From an uncultured Armatimonadia bacterium (GTDB taxonomy: Bacteria > Armatimonadota > Zipacnadia > CAVVLO01), in contig CAVVLO010000005.1 of NCBI GenBank assembly GCA_963749155.1, positions 480,001-544,000 of the forward strand: a DNA stretch of 64,000 bases. Direction: 5' to 3'. Shown in pieces: positions 53,182 through 62,301 of the stretch (position 1 is its first letter; every line of letters starts with the position of its first letter). The position numbers and the translations under genes were made by a program. Below the pieces are notes generated by a model that saw only the letters and a program-made list of their open reading frames with translations, ran no database searches and had not been told where the DNA came from.

Positions 53182-53815
53182 GACCGGACGAGACGGTGCT
53201 CTCCAGCTTCGCCTATGACCACGACGACTGCGGCAACCGGACTCAAATGACCGAGGCTAATGGCGACGTCACCACCTATGCTTACGACTCGATCTACGAG
53301 CTAACCGGGCAGACGAAGCGCAACTCGGGGGATGTAGTACAATCCAGTTATAGCTACACTTACGACGACATCGGCAACAGGCTGACTCTTACCGACCAGG
53401 GGAGCGCGGTGACGACCTCCACTTACAACGCGGGCGGGCAGTTGATCGGGACGGATGCCTCCGGGACGCTGACCACCTATACCTACGATGCCTCGGGCAA
53501 CCTCCCGCCGAGGTCACGAGCGCCGGGACGCGCTCCTACACCTGGGACTACGACGACAGGCTGACCGACATCGAGTATCCGGACTCCTCCGAGACCAACT
53601 ACACCTACAACTCCGCCGGGCAGCGGCTGACGAAGGTCGAGGGCGGGACGACGACCAAGTTCGTCTACGATGGGGCGAAGGTAGTGCTGGAGCGCGACGG
53701 CGATGACGAGACCGAGGTGCGCTACACCCACGAGGGCGGCTCGCTCTACGGCGACCTCCTGAGCCAGCGACGCGACGGGGCCAGCTACGACTACCTGCTG
53801 GATGGGCTCGCGAGC
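53178..53815 (+). pseudogene. Orphan Rhs module 4 (YD repeats, truncated before the core end, no C-terminal domain)
   Basis: 53291-53815 is near-identical to 49396-49921; homology stops at ...GATGGGCTCGCGAGC. Confidence 0.8.
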
Positions 53816-53822
53816 ACTTTTC

Positions 53823-55205
53823 CTACCCAAACCACTGCTGCTGGGCGGCGATGCGGTCGAGGCCTTCTCGGTCGTGCCCTCCGAGGAAGTAACCGGCGGC
53901 GGCGAAGCCCATCTCCAGCGCGTGATCCATATTCCCGTAGCGGAAAAGTCCCTGCCTGCCGCAGGTAATCAGGCCCTCGTAGCCCCAGAAATGCTTCAGG
54001 AGACGCTCCAGAGGCTCCCTGTAGCCTCGTGCATAGATGGGATAGGCCTCGGGCTGACGGGTCGCGAGGAAGCCCTCTACGTCGTTCTCAGTCGCAAGTC
54101 CCGCCTTCGAGAGGCCTGGCAGGCAGAGCTGGAGCAGTTCTTCCGCACTGGCATGCCAGAGATCATCCTCCGGCTGGCAACAGAGTTCTACCGTTAGACT
54201 TGTCTTGCCCTCAGGGGCCATCTCGGCGGAGAAGTTGCGCGGTTCTGACACGCGCGTGAAGGGGTACTCCGGCTCGGGGATATAGGTCCAGCTATCCTCG
54301 CGGATACTCGGTTTGTTTACCTCAAGGTGCAAGAACCGTTGCGCGCGGAACCGCAGCTTGCCCGCGGCTTCCACCACATCGGCCGGTACGCCCTCGAAAA
54401 GGCGCGCCAGGTCCGTCACGGGGAGGGTCGAGATAACCGCTTCGGCCTCGAAACGTTCTCCACTGGCCTCTACGGCGAAGCCCTCGCTGGTCTGGGAGAC
54501 GGCTTCCACCGATTTGCCCAGCAGTACCTGTCCGCCCTGGGCCTCGATGCCCTCGGCCAGGAGCTGGGAGAGCTGCCCGATACCGAGCCTGGGATAGGTG
54601 AAAAGCGACACGTAGGTGCGCGGGGTATTTTTGGACTTCACCACCAACCGCTTGGCGACATCCATCAGGTTGAGCAGCGAGATACGCTGAGCGGCCCAGT
54701 CGGCGGAGAGCTGCGTGCACGGGATGCCCCACAGCTTCTCGGTATAAGGGCCGAAGAAGATATCGTAGAAGGTACGCCCGAACCGGTTGATGACCCAGGT
54801 CTCGAAGGAGTCATCTGGCCGCGGGAAGAGCCGCTGGCGGAAGCTGGTGTAGAAGTAGTCGAGGATGCCGCGCAGCGCAACCGTCGGGCGCAGCGTCTTC
54901 AGCATATTCATCCCTTGCAGGGGGTACTGGTAGAACTTGCCCTCCATCAGGATGTGACTGATGCGGCGCGCCGAGAGGGCCTGATCGCCAAGCAGCGCCT
55001 CTACCCAGGCGACAAGCTCTTTGTTGGGGCTATGGAACCGGTGCGGGCCGTAATCGTAGAGATAACCCTCGTGGGCAAAAGAGGCCGCAAGCCCTCCTGG
55101 CCGCGGCTCACGTTCCAGCACGGTGACCTTCCAGCCGGCCTCGGCCAGTTTTGTGGCCGCGCCAAGTCCTGCAAGTCCAGCTCCAAGCACAAGTGCCTCA
55201 GGCAT
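53823..55205 (-). CDS. FAD-dependent oxidoreductase (protoporphyrinogen oxidase/UDP-galactopyranose mutase-like)
   Basis: GAGLAGL, GGLA, DYGPHRFH, YTEKLWG, GRQGLFRYGNMDH. Confidence 0.85.
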   Translation of the reverse strand: MPEALVLGAGLAGLGAATKLAEAGWKVTVLEREPRPGGLAASFAHEGYLYDYGPHRFHSPNKELVAWVEALLGDQALSARRISHILMEGKFYQYPLQGMNMLKTLRPTVALRGILDYFYTSFRQRLFPRPDDSFETWVINRFGRTFYDIFFGPYTEKLWGIPCTQLSADWAAQRISLLNLMDVAKRLVVKSKNTPRTYVSLFTYPRLGIGQLSQLLAEGIEAQGGQVLLGKSVEAVSQTSEGFAVEASGERFEAEAVISTLPVTDLARLFEGVPADVVEAAGKLRFRAQRFLHLEVNKPSIREDSWTYIPEPEYPFTRVSEPRNFSAEMAPEGKTSLTVELCCQPEDDLWHASAEELLQLCLPGLSKAGLATENDVEGFLATRQPEAYPIYARGYREPLERLLKHFWGYEGLITCGRQGLFRYGNMDHALEMGFAAAGYFLGGHDREGLDRIAAQQQWFG

Positions 55206-55264
55206 AATTTTCCCTCCGATAATCTAAGGGAAGATAACCGCCCAAAGGCTGCGCGTCAAGCAAA

Positions 55265-56137
55265 TCAGAGTTCGAGTTGCTCTTCCAGTTTGCCCCAGAG
55301 GTTCTCCAGCTCGGTGCGGAGAGGGCCATCGGTATATTCGACCAGGGGCACACCCGCCGAAACCGCATCGAAGACAATCTCGTCATAGGGGATCCGGGCC
55401 ATTAAAGGCAGGCCCAGATCGCGACGGAGAGTGTCTATCCGCTCAGCGACCTGCAGGTTGAGATCAGCCTTGTTGATTACGATACCTGCTGGCACGTCGA
55501 AATGTCTGATTAGCTCCAGCACGCGCTCCAGGTCGTGCAGGCCTGAGAGAGTCGGCTCTGTGACAAGCAGGGCGAAGTCGGTGTCCACGATAGCCGAGGT
55601 AGCCGAACAGCCGATGCCTGGCGGGCCATCGAAAAGCACCAGAGGCAGATCGCGTTCAACGGCCAGATTGGCAGAATGCTCCCGGACCAGGCTGACCAGG
55701 CGGCCACTGTTTTCGGCGGCTGGATTGAGCCTGGCGGAGACGAAAGGCCCGTATTTGGTCTCGCCAGTGTAGAGTGTACCGACTTCGGCCGGCACCAGTC
55801 GCAGGGCGCGTTCGGGGCAGACCTGCACGCAGAAGCCGCAGCCCTCGCAAGCCGTTATGCTGATGTCGTTAATCGTAATCGCATCGAACCGGCAGGCTTC
55901 TTCGCATTTGCCATGCTGCTTGCACAGCGCCTCGTCGCGAACGACCAGCTTGCCGCCGGTGAATATTTCAGTCCTGGTAATATCAGGATTGAGCAGCAGA
56001 TGCAGATTGGCGGCATCCACATCGCAGTCGGCGACTACTTTCCTGGCAGCAAGCGCGGCAAGCGAGGCCAGCACGGTTGTCTTGCCTGTACCGCCTTTAC
56101 CGCTGAGCACTACCACTTCTTTGGCTCTCTGGCTCAT
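55265..56137 (-). CDS. MinD-superfamily P-loop ATPase with inserted 4Fe-4S ferredoxin domain
   Basis: SGKGGTGKT, DCDVDAANL, CEGCGFCVQVCP, DGPPGIGC, VTEPT. Confidence 0.9.
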   Translation of the reverse strand: MSQRAKEVVVLSGKGGTGKTTVLASLAALAARKVVADCDVDAANLHLLLNPDITRTEIFTGGKLVVRDEALCKQHGKCEEACRFDAITINDISITACEGCGFCVQVCPERALRLVPAEVGTLYTGETKYGPFVSARLNPAAENSGRLVSLVREHSANLAVERDLPLVLFDGPPGIGCSATSAIVDTDFALLVTEPTLSGLHDLERVLELIRHFDVPAGIVINKADLNLQVAERIDTLRRDLGLPLMARIPYDEIVFDAVSAGVPLVEYTDGPLRTELENLWGKLEEQLEL

Positions 56138-57021
56138 TTGGCTTCACCTGCTCTGGCGGCTTCGACGCGCTGGACGACTGCTTCGAAAAGCTGCAGCAGC
56201 GGTTCTCGCCACTCCTCGGAAGCCTTCAGCAGATGACCGCCTGAGGAATACGTCTCGGCGATATGGCGATCATGGGGAAGGCTGAGCAGGACTTCCGCCC
56301 CGGTGCGACGTTTGAAGTCTTCGAGGGGCGGATAATCGCCCCTTGCGCGGTTGAGCACCACCGCGGTCGGCACCCCGAGCGCCCGGCAAGTGTCCAGCGC
56401 CTCTTCGGCATCGTGCAGGCCAAAGGGAGTTGGTTCGGTCACCAGCAACGCGTAATCGGCGCCCTCGACCGATTCCTGCATCGGGCACGAGGTGCCTGGC
56501 GGGCAGTCGATTATAGAAATCATATCCGGATCTACGAAGGCTTTGGTCGCTTTGGTAACCGTGCTGGTGCGCAGCAGTCCTACCTCGACCCGGCCAGAGT
56601 AGAGTTCGATGCCTCCCTCGGCCTTGCCGCGCGCTACTTCGCCGACTTTGAGGGGTACTTCGGTCAGCGCATCGGTCGGGCAGATATAGCTACAAAGCCC
56701 GCAGCCAGAGCAAAGCTGGGCGAAGGTCACCAACACCCCGTTGATTAGCGCCAGCGCGTTGGACTCACATAGTTCTACGCACTTGCCGCATTCGATGCAG
56801 AGCTGCTGATTCACTCGCGGAACTTTGATCTCTACGACAGAATGATGATGAAACCGTGTCTCCAGCAGCAGATGGGCGTTAGGTTCTTCCACGTCCGAGT
56901 CAACGAGCTGCACCTGGTAGGGATACCTGCTGGCAAGCGCCGCCGCGAGGCTGGTCGCGACCAGGGTCTTGCCGGTGCCGCCCTTGCCGGCCGCGATAGC
57001 CAAAGTAAGGGAAGGTCTCAA
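56134..57021 (-). CDS. MinD-superfamily P-loop ATPase with 4Fe-4S ferredoxin domain (paralogue)
   Basis: GKGGTGKT, DSDVEEPN, CIECGKC, CSGCGLCSYICP, DCPPGTSCP. Confidence 0.9.
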   Translation of the reverse strand: MRPSLTLAIAAGKGGTGKTLVATSLAAALASRYPYQVQLVDSDVEEPNAHLLLETRFHHHSVVEIKVPRVNQQLCIECGKCVELCESNALALINGVLVTFAQLCSGCGLCSYICPTDALTEVPLKVGEVARGKAEGGIELYSGRVEVGLLRTSTVTKATKAFVDPDMISIIDCPPGTSCPMQESVEGADYALLVTEPTPFGLHDAEEALDTCRALGVPTAVVLNRARGDYPPLEDFKRRTGAEVLLSLPHDRHIAETYSSGGHLLKASEEWREPLLQLFEAVVQRVEAARAGEAK

Positions 57022-57052
57022 GGCTTGCTCCTTTATAAGCTAATACTCGGGG

Positions 57053-57478
57053 TTAACGACCGCGGCCGCCACCCATTCCGCCGCCGCCGCCGCCACCGGC
57101 TCCGCGACCGCCGCCGCCCATCCCGAAGTGGTCACCGACATTGGCGCCGGCAAGTTCTTCGAGCTGGCCTGCCTTGAGCGCCTCGACGGCTTGCTGCACT
57201 GTGCCGCCCGAGAAGCTGAAAAGCTTGATGCTGCCTGCTTTGAGCGCGCCGCCTGCATTGGGACCAAAGTTGCCGGCAATAACGGCCTCGACTTTCTCAT
57301 TGGCCACAAGCTGAGCCGCCTGGATACCGGCCCCCTGCATCGAGTTGGCCGCGGTATTCTCGAGGCTGCGAGCTTCCATTGTATCGGTGTTTACGATTAC
57401 GAACCACCGAGCCCGTCCAAAACGCGGATCGGTAGTTGCCTCCAGGCCTTCTGCCTGGGCTGTTACTGCTACCAGCAT
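57053..57478 (-). CDS. NifB/NifX family FeMo-cofactor-binding-like protein
   Basis: DPRFGRA.WF, GAGIQAAQ, GNFGPNA; Gly-rich tail. Confidence 0.88.
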   Translation of the reverse strand: MLVAVTAQAEGLEATTDPRFGRARWFVIVNTDTMEARSLENTAANSMQGAGIQAAQLVANEKVEAVIAGNFGPNAGGALKAGSIKLFSFSGGTVQQAVEALKAGQLEELAGANVGDHFGMGGGGRGAGGGGGGGMGGGRGR

Positions 57479-57506
57479 TAGGATTTCCTCCCTGTTGTGC
57501 GACACC

Positions 57507-58382
57507 TTAACGGGGCGCCAGCACCTCTATGACGATATTCCCATCGGCCCAAAGGCTTACTCGCGAACCTGCACCGAGTCTTGCGAACCGTTCTCCAAAG
57601 CCCTGGGCAAGCACTTTGGAGGCTTCTTCTCCAGTGCAATGACAGGCGCCCAACCACTGAAGGCCTGACTGTAGTAATACATTAAGTGTAAACTGCACTT
57701 GCTCAGGCGTCAAGGCCACCAGATGGGTGCCGCCGAAAATCCCAAGCACGGCTTTCTCCGGCAGCAGGTTGCTGGCCTGGGCCAGTATGTTGAGCACTCC
57801 TGAGTGAGCGCAACCGGTTTGCACGACGATCCCAGCCGGCAGCGAGATAAACAGTGACAGGTCATCCAGCAGGGGATCCTGGCTGTTCTTGCCCTCTCTC
57901 AGCACCCCGAGGCCTGCAATCCCCACAGGGAAGCCCTCTTTACGGGGGATCTCGCCTGAAAGCAGCAGCTCTGAAGCGAGCCAGAGGGGCAGGCTGGCAT
58001 CATAAAACTCGGCTCCAAGCTCCTCATAACGCGCTCGAGATTGCGGCATCCCGATAGAGTGAGAAGCGTCCAGCAGATGAGTTTTATGCTCGAAACCTGC
58101 CGGGTGCATCCAGACCGGCCTGCCTCCGAACCGCTCGAGAAAGGCCTCGAGCCCGCCAGTATGATCGTAATGGCCGTGACTGAGCGCGATAGCTTCAACC
58201 TTGGACAAATCGATGCCTAGCAGGTCGGCATTGTCCAGGAAGGCTGGCGAAGCGCCCGTGTTAAAGAGGAAGGTATGTTCGCTTGCTTCGACCAGCACCG
58301 CCAGGCCGTGCTCACTGGCCAGGCCAGGGGTGGAAGCGCTGTTTTCGATGAGATAGGTCAGCGTAACAGCCGGAATCGTCAT
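57507..58382 (-). CDS. MBL-fold metallo-hydrolase
   Basis: EHGL, SHGHYDHTGG, DD, GCAHSG, GGTHL, CHCTG. Confidence 0.88.
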   Translation of the reverse strand: MTIPAVTLTYLIENSASTPGLASEHGLAVLVEASEHTFLFNTGASPAFLDNADLLGIDLSKVEAIALSHGHYDHTGGLEAFLERFGGRPVWMHPAGFEHKTHLLDASHSIGMPQSRARYEELGAEFYDASLPLWLASELLLSGEIPRKEGFPVGIAGLGVLREGKNSQDPLLDDLSLFISLPAGIVVQTGCAHSGVLNILAQASNLLPEKAVLGIFGGTHLVALTPEQVQFTLNVLLQSGLQWLGACHCTGEEASKVLAQGFGERFARLGAGSRVSLWADGNIVIEVLAPR

Positions 58383-58596
58383 AGGAATCCCTCCAATATG
58401 CCCTTTAGTCAGTCCGAGAGCATATCTTGCCGGTGAACCAACTTGTTATCAGGGCGTCCTATACATAATAAACCTTTACCGAGTAGTAGAGGGTTTCAGG
58501 CCGGGGGCCTTCAGGTATAATAACAAGAAACCAATAACAGTCACTGGCAGTTAACATGACTTGCTCAGTTACGGGTAAGGAGCTGGAGAAGAGAGT

Positions 58597-58845
58597 ATGA
58601 CCTGCGGTTTCCTGTTCGGCATTGTGGCAATTCTGGCAGCCATCTCACTATTCAATGTAGCGCTTGATTTCGAGGGTTACGGACAGCTTGCGACCGAACA
58701 GATGCAAAAATTTGTCGAAAACCTTTCCGGCCACCAACTGGACGAGTATCACGCTTATGTGAGTACGCTGATTGCGCTTGCTTGCGTGATGATTATTTGC
58801 ATCTTCCTTGCCTGGCGCTCCTATATGAACGAAGCCCGGATGTAG
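58597..58845 (+). CDS. Small 2-TM hypothetical protein
   Basis: Purine-rich RBS-like sequence upstream; two hydrophobic helices; a TATAAT at 58516. Confidence 0.45.
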   Translation: MTCGFLFGIVAILAAISLFNVALDFEGYGQLATEQMQKFVENLSGHQLDEYHAYVSTLIALACVMIICIFLAWRSYMNEARM

Positions 58846-58853
58846 CCAGAGGA

Positions 58854-59579
58854 CTAGTCGGCTTCGCGCACTGGAGTTGGCAAAGGGGCATAGCGTTCTC
58901 GCCAGGCCAGCCACATCACCCTCAGCACATACCACATTCCCTTGAGGCCCGTGATACTGCTGCGGCCCGCCTGTCTTTCTCGCATATTGACCGGCACTTC
59001 GACCACACGTAAATCCGCCTTCGTCGCGGTCACCAGCCCAACTGGTTCGGGATAATCCTGGGCATAGCGATCGGCGAACAACCTGATTGCCCTTGGCCCG
59101 GCCGCGCGGAAGCCCGAGGTGCAGTCAGCGATGGGCTGGCCAGCCATCCGGGAAATCCATCGGGCCACGAACCGCATCGCCAGCCGGTGAAGCTTAGGTA
59201 TCTCATATCCTATCCCATTGATGAAGCGGCTGCCGATTACTAGGTCAGCGCCCGCCGCAATCGCATCGAGCAACCGCCCGGCATAGCTGGTGTCATGCTG
59301 GCCGTCGGCATCAACCTGCATCGCCACCTCATAGCCATGCTCCAGCGCGTACCGCCAGCCTCGCTGCACTGTGTAGCCAATGCCCTGGTTCTGGCTGTTG
59401 ACAAGTAGCTCTACGCCAAGATTTTCGGCTACCTCGGCCGTGCTATCGGTGGAGCCATCGTCTATCACCAGCAAGTCGGCAAAGGGCAGGTGCTGGCGCG
59501 TTTCGGCGACGACCAGGGGCAGGCTCTCCTCCTCGTTGAAGGCAGGTATTATGACCAGCAGGCGTGGTTTGTAACTCAC
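58854..59579 (-). CDS. Glycosyltransferase family 2 (DPM1-like)
   Basis: IIPAFNEE, DDGSTD, DADGQH, GSRF, DCTSGFRA. Confidence 0.9.
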   Translation of the reverse strand: MSYKPRLLVIIPAFNEEESLPLVVAETRQHLPFADLLVIDDGSTDSTAEVAENLGVELLVNSQNQGIGYTVQRGWRYALEHGYEVAMQVDADGQHDTSYAGRLLDAIAAGADLVIGSRFINGIGYEIPKLHRLAMRFVARWISRMAGQPIADCTSGFRAAGPRAIRLFADRYAQDYPEPVGLVTATKADLRVVEVPVNMRERQAGRSSITGLKGMWYVLRVMWLAWRERYAPLPTPVREAD

Positions 59580-59591
59580 TTTAAAGCGCTC

Positions 59592-60188
59592 CTAGTCCGG
59601 CTCGTAGTCGGTCCAGCGACCGGTCGAGAGGTACACCCAGCCCCCGAAGGCCAGGTTCAACACATCCTTGCTATGGAGTCTGGCTGGATCATCGCAGTGC
59701 TGCCAGCAACGCAGCAGAGGTGTCTTCTCGCCATAAAGCTGCAAGTCGTACATCTTCACCTGATACATCGTCAGCCCATCCGGTTGCCCCTCATAATCGG
59801 CGCCCCAGTCGGCGGTCGGATAAGGCAGCGGGCAAAACTCATAAAGATAACTCAGCGGCAGGTAGGGATCCCGGAAGGCATCAAATTCGCCAGTCTTGTC
59901 CAGGTGCTGCCCCTTCGAGCCATCGGAGGGACACAGGAAGATGCGCGCATCGCCAGCGTAAGGCTTTATGGCGCTTGCCCAGACAGGCAGGCCCTCGTTG
60001 TCCTCGTAGTACATCTGGAAAGCCATCCCTAGCTGCTTCAGGTTGCTGATACAGACAGTGCGGCGGGCGCTTTCCTTCGCCCTGCTGAAGACAGGGAAGA
60101 TAATCGCTGCCAGCACCGCGATGATGCCGATGACGACCAGCAGCTCTATCAGGGTGAAGCCTCTAGTTTTTTTGTTCAGGTTGCTCAT
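59592..60188 (-). CDS. Prepilin-type N-terminal cleavage/methylation domain protein (DUF1559-like)
   Basis: RGFTLIELLVVIGIIAVLAAIIFPVFSRAKESARRTVCISNLKQLG; FLCPSD. Confidence 0.88.
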   Translation of the reverse strand: MSNLNKKTRGFTLIELLVVIGIIAVLAAIIFPVFSRAKESARRTVCISNLKQLGMAFQMYYEDNEGLPVWASAIKPYAGDARIFLCPSDGSKGQHLDKTGEFDAFRDPYLPLSYLYEFCPLPYPTADWGADYEGQPDGLTMYQVKMYDLQLYGEKTPLLRCWQHCDDPARLHSKDVLNLAFGGWVYLSTGRWTDYEPD

Positions 60189-62250
60189 TTTTCTCCCTCA
60201 CCACCGCCACGGTGAACCGGCCGAAGACTTTGGTCTTGACTCCCTTGGGCAATCGAGTCGCATCCTGCACAATCAGGATGCCTGTCTTTGAGAGCAGTTC
60301 TTTCTCGCGTGTTTGCTCGGCCGCGCCCTGTTTGCCTACTTCCCACCAGGCAGCCTTGTCGCCGCGCAGGTCGGTGTAGACGGCCACCAGGTTGCTAATC
60401 CAGGGCTCGTCCACGTGAATTATCTCGCCAGGCTTGGCAACGAGCGTGAGATAAGCGATCAGGTCTCTCCCATCTTTGCCCAGGCCTTGTTCCCCGCCGA
60501 AAACAGCAGGGGTGAAGACCTGGATAGCTGCAAGCCAGGGGCCTGAGGGCATTGGAAGCACCGCGGGTTTGGGCATAAAGCCCATCAGCGTAAGCTGAGG
60601 CAGCAACGCCACCGCCGCGAACTTCCACTTCACCCTGGTCGTAAAGGGCGGACTCAGATAAGGGGCAAGCGCGAAGCCCGCGATTGCCACATAGAAGGGC
60701 AGCGTATGGATGAAATACCGCCCTCCATAGGTAGGCAGCAGAGGCAGCACTCCGATACACAGCAGCACAGGCAGCACGTGGCGAGGCTTGGCCCAGCGCA
60801 GGTTGACCAGACCCCAGCCTGTAAACAGCATAATCAGCAGGTTGATAGCCGCTATCCCGAGCAGGAACAGCTTGAACTGGTCGAAGGCAGTCATCCGTTC
60901 GGCGAAGTTGGAAAGCCAGTCGCGGTAGGTCCACACGCGCATCAGCCAGGGCGAGAACAGTAGCAGCGAAGGGAGGGTTACCGCCAGATAGCTCCACAGG
61001 TAACGCCTCTGCCACAGGCAGAAGAGGCCAAGCCCCAGCAGCACCAGGATGGGGATGCCCAGGTGCGAGTACAGCATCCCCGTGGTCGCCAAAATCCCAA
61101 GCAGGATGCGCCTTCGCAGCACCAGCATAACTACGACGGGCGCGATGGCGTTAACCAGGCAGCTTGCGATCGGATTCACCATCAGGAGGACGCTCATCAC
61201 GTCCGAAAAAAGCAGTGTCAGCGCCGCCAGGGCCGCGATTGGGCCAAACAGGCGCCGCGCGAACCACCAGCCCGTCAGCAGCGAGAGGGGATAGACAAAG
61301 AGGTGCACTGTCGCAAAGCCCGCCTCGAGGCTACCAAACAAGCGTCCAAAGCCTGCCGTAAGCAGGTGCAACATCGGCGGGTAGAGGTGGGGTCTGCCTT
61401 CGGGCGCGAACTCCCAGTTATCCCACAAGGGGATATGACCAGTGTCGAAGATGCGCTTCGAGACTGCCAGGTGGTACCAGGTATCCCAACCGCTAGGCTC
61501 AAAACGCCAGATCCCAAGCAGGAAGAGTCCAAAGAGGATGGCGATGAAGGTCAGGGCGATTTTGTCCACCTTGGTTAAGGGCAACCAGGGCAGGAAAAGT
61601 TCTTCCTGTTCGGCAGCATCAGGCAACTCGCCCGCCTCTGTCAGGTAGGCGCGACGCCATCTGGCACGGAAGACCCGGTAGGCCGCGCCCATTGGCGCAA
61701 GCAGCTTGCTCAGGCCCCAGAAGGTGCCGATGGGAAAGGCCATAAGCGCCCCGCCGAAGAAGCTCCAGCCGAGGGCATACTGGCCAGGGGTGGCTCGCGA
61801 GGTCGGCACAGGCTCTTGCTCGCGCCAGTAGTTGGTGATGAGCGCCATCAGGCCAAAGGCCGCAAACAGCCACAATATGGACGAAAGGAAGCCTGCGGCA
61901 AGCCAGCCGAAAAACTGCGTAAAGCTGAGTGCCATTGTGAACAGGCCGATGACCGCCCACATCCCTAGACCGCGCCACTTGTCCTTGCGGTCTACTGCCT
62001 CTACCTCGGGAAGCAACTCGTCGAAGTAGTCAGGTCTCAGCGATGCAAGCAAGGTCGCCAGGAAGGCCTTGGAGAAGAGGAAGGGCCAGCAGGCGAGGGC
62101 AAAAAGCAGCCCTAGCAAGGCTGCGATGGGGCGCAGGCTCTCGCCAAGCGCCAAATGATCAACAATCATTGAGGCGCCAAGCAGGCCAACCACCGTCATA
62201 GCGATGGTGCCGGCGACTACTACGAATATAAACCAGGCGACGTTTTTCAT
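60163..62250 (-). CDS. Large polytopic membrane protein, GT-C-like C-terminal part
   Basis: GWDTWYHL...APEGRPHLYPP.LH loop resembles STT3/ArnT-type folds; many TM helices. Confidence 0.55.
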   Translation of the reverse strand: MKNVAWFIFVVVAGTIAMTVVGLLGASMIVDHLALGESLRPIAALLGLLFALACWPFLFSKAFLATLLASLRPDYFDELLPEVEAVDRKDKWRGLGMWAVIGLFTMALSFTQFFGWLAAGFLSSILWLFAAFGLMALITNYWREQEPVPTSRATPGQYALGWSFFGGALMAFPIGTFWGLSKLLAPMGAAYRVFRARWRRAYLTEAGELPDAAEQEELFLPWLPLTKVDKIALTFIAILFGLFLLGIWRFEPSGWDTWYHLAVSKRIFDTGHIPLWDNWEFAPEGRPHLYPPMLHLLTAGFGRLFGSLEAGFATVHLFVYPLSLLTGWWFARRLFGPIAALAALTLLFSDVMSVLLMVNPIASCLVNAIAPVVVMLVLRRRILLGILATTGMLYSHLGIPILVLLGLGLFCLWQRRYLWSYLAVTLPSLLLFSPWLMRVWTYRDWLSNFAERMTAFDQFKLFLLGIAAINLLIMLFTGWGLVNLRWAKPRHVLPVLLCIGVLPLLPTYGGRYFIHTLPFYVAIAGFALAPYLSPPFTTRVKWKFAAVALLPQLTLMGFMPKPAVLPMPSGPWLAAIQVFTPAVFGGEQGLGKDGRDLIAYLTLVAKPGEIIHVDEPWISNLVAVYTDLRGDKAAWWEVGKQGAAEQTREKELLSKTGILIVQDATRLPKGVKTKVFGRFTVAVVREKNEQPEQKN

Positions 62251-62301
62251 CTCTTGCTGAGTGATACGCCGCCTGAGGCTGAGGGGTTTCGCCAGGGTGG
62301 A

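Noticed and set aside
47551..53815. Diversity-generating retroelement template/variable repeats
   Set aside because: There is no reverse transcriptase gene, differences between repeats do not look adenine-specific, and the repeats are explained by Rhs cores.
23463..55388. Long antisense ORFs (e.g. 23463-24647, 30971-32104, 38119-39030, 54327-55388)
   Set aside because: They are shadows of well-supported genes on the opposite strand, expected in GC-rich DNA, and carry no motifs of their own.
57053..57125. GCC triplet repeat
   Set aside because: It encodes the Gly-rich tail usual in NifB/X-like proteins.
57053..57478. Evidence for nitrogen fixation
   Set aside because: This NifB/X-like family is common in non-diazotrophs, and no nifHDK is present here.
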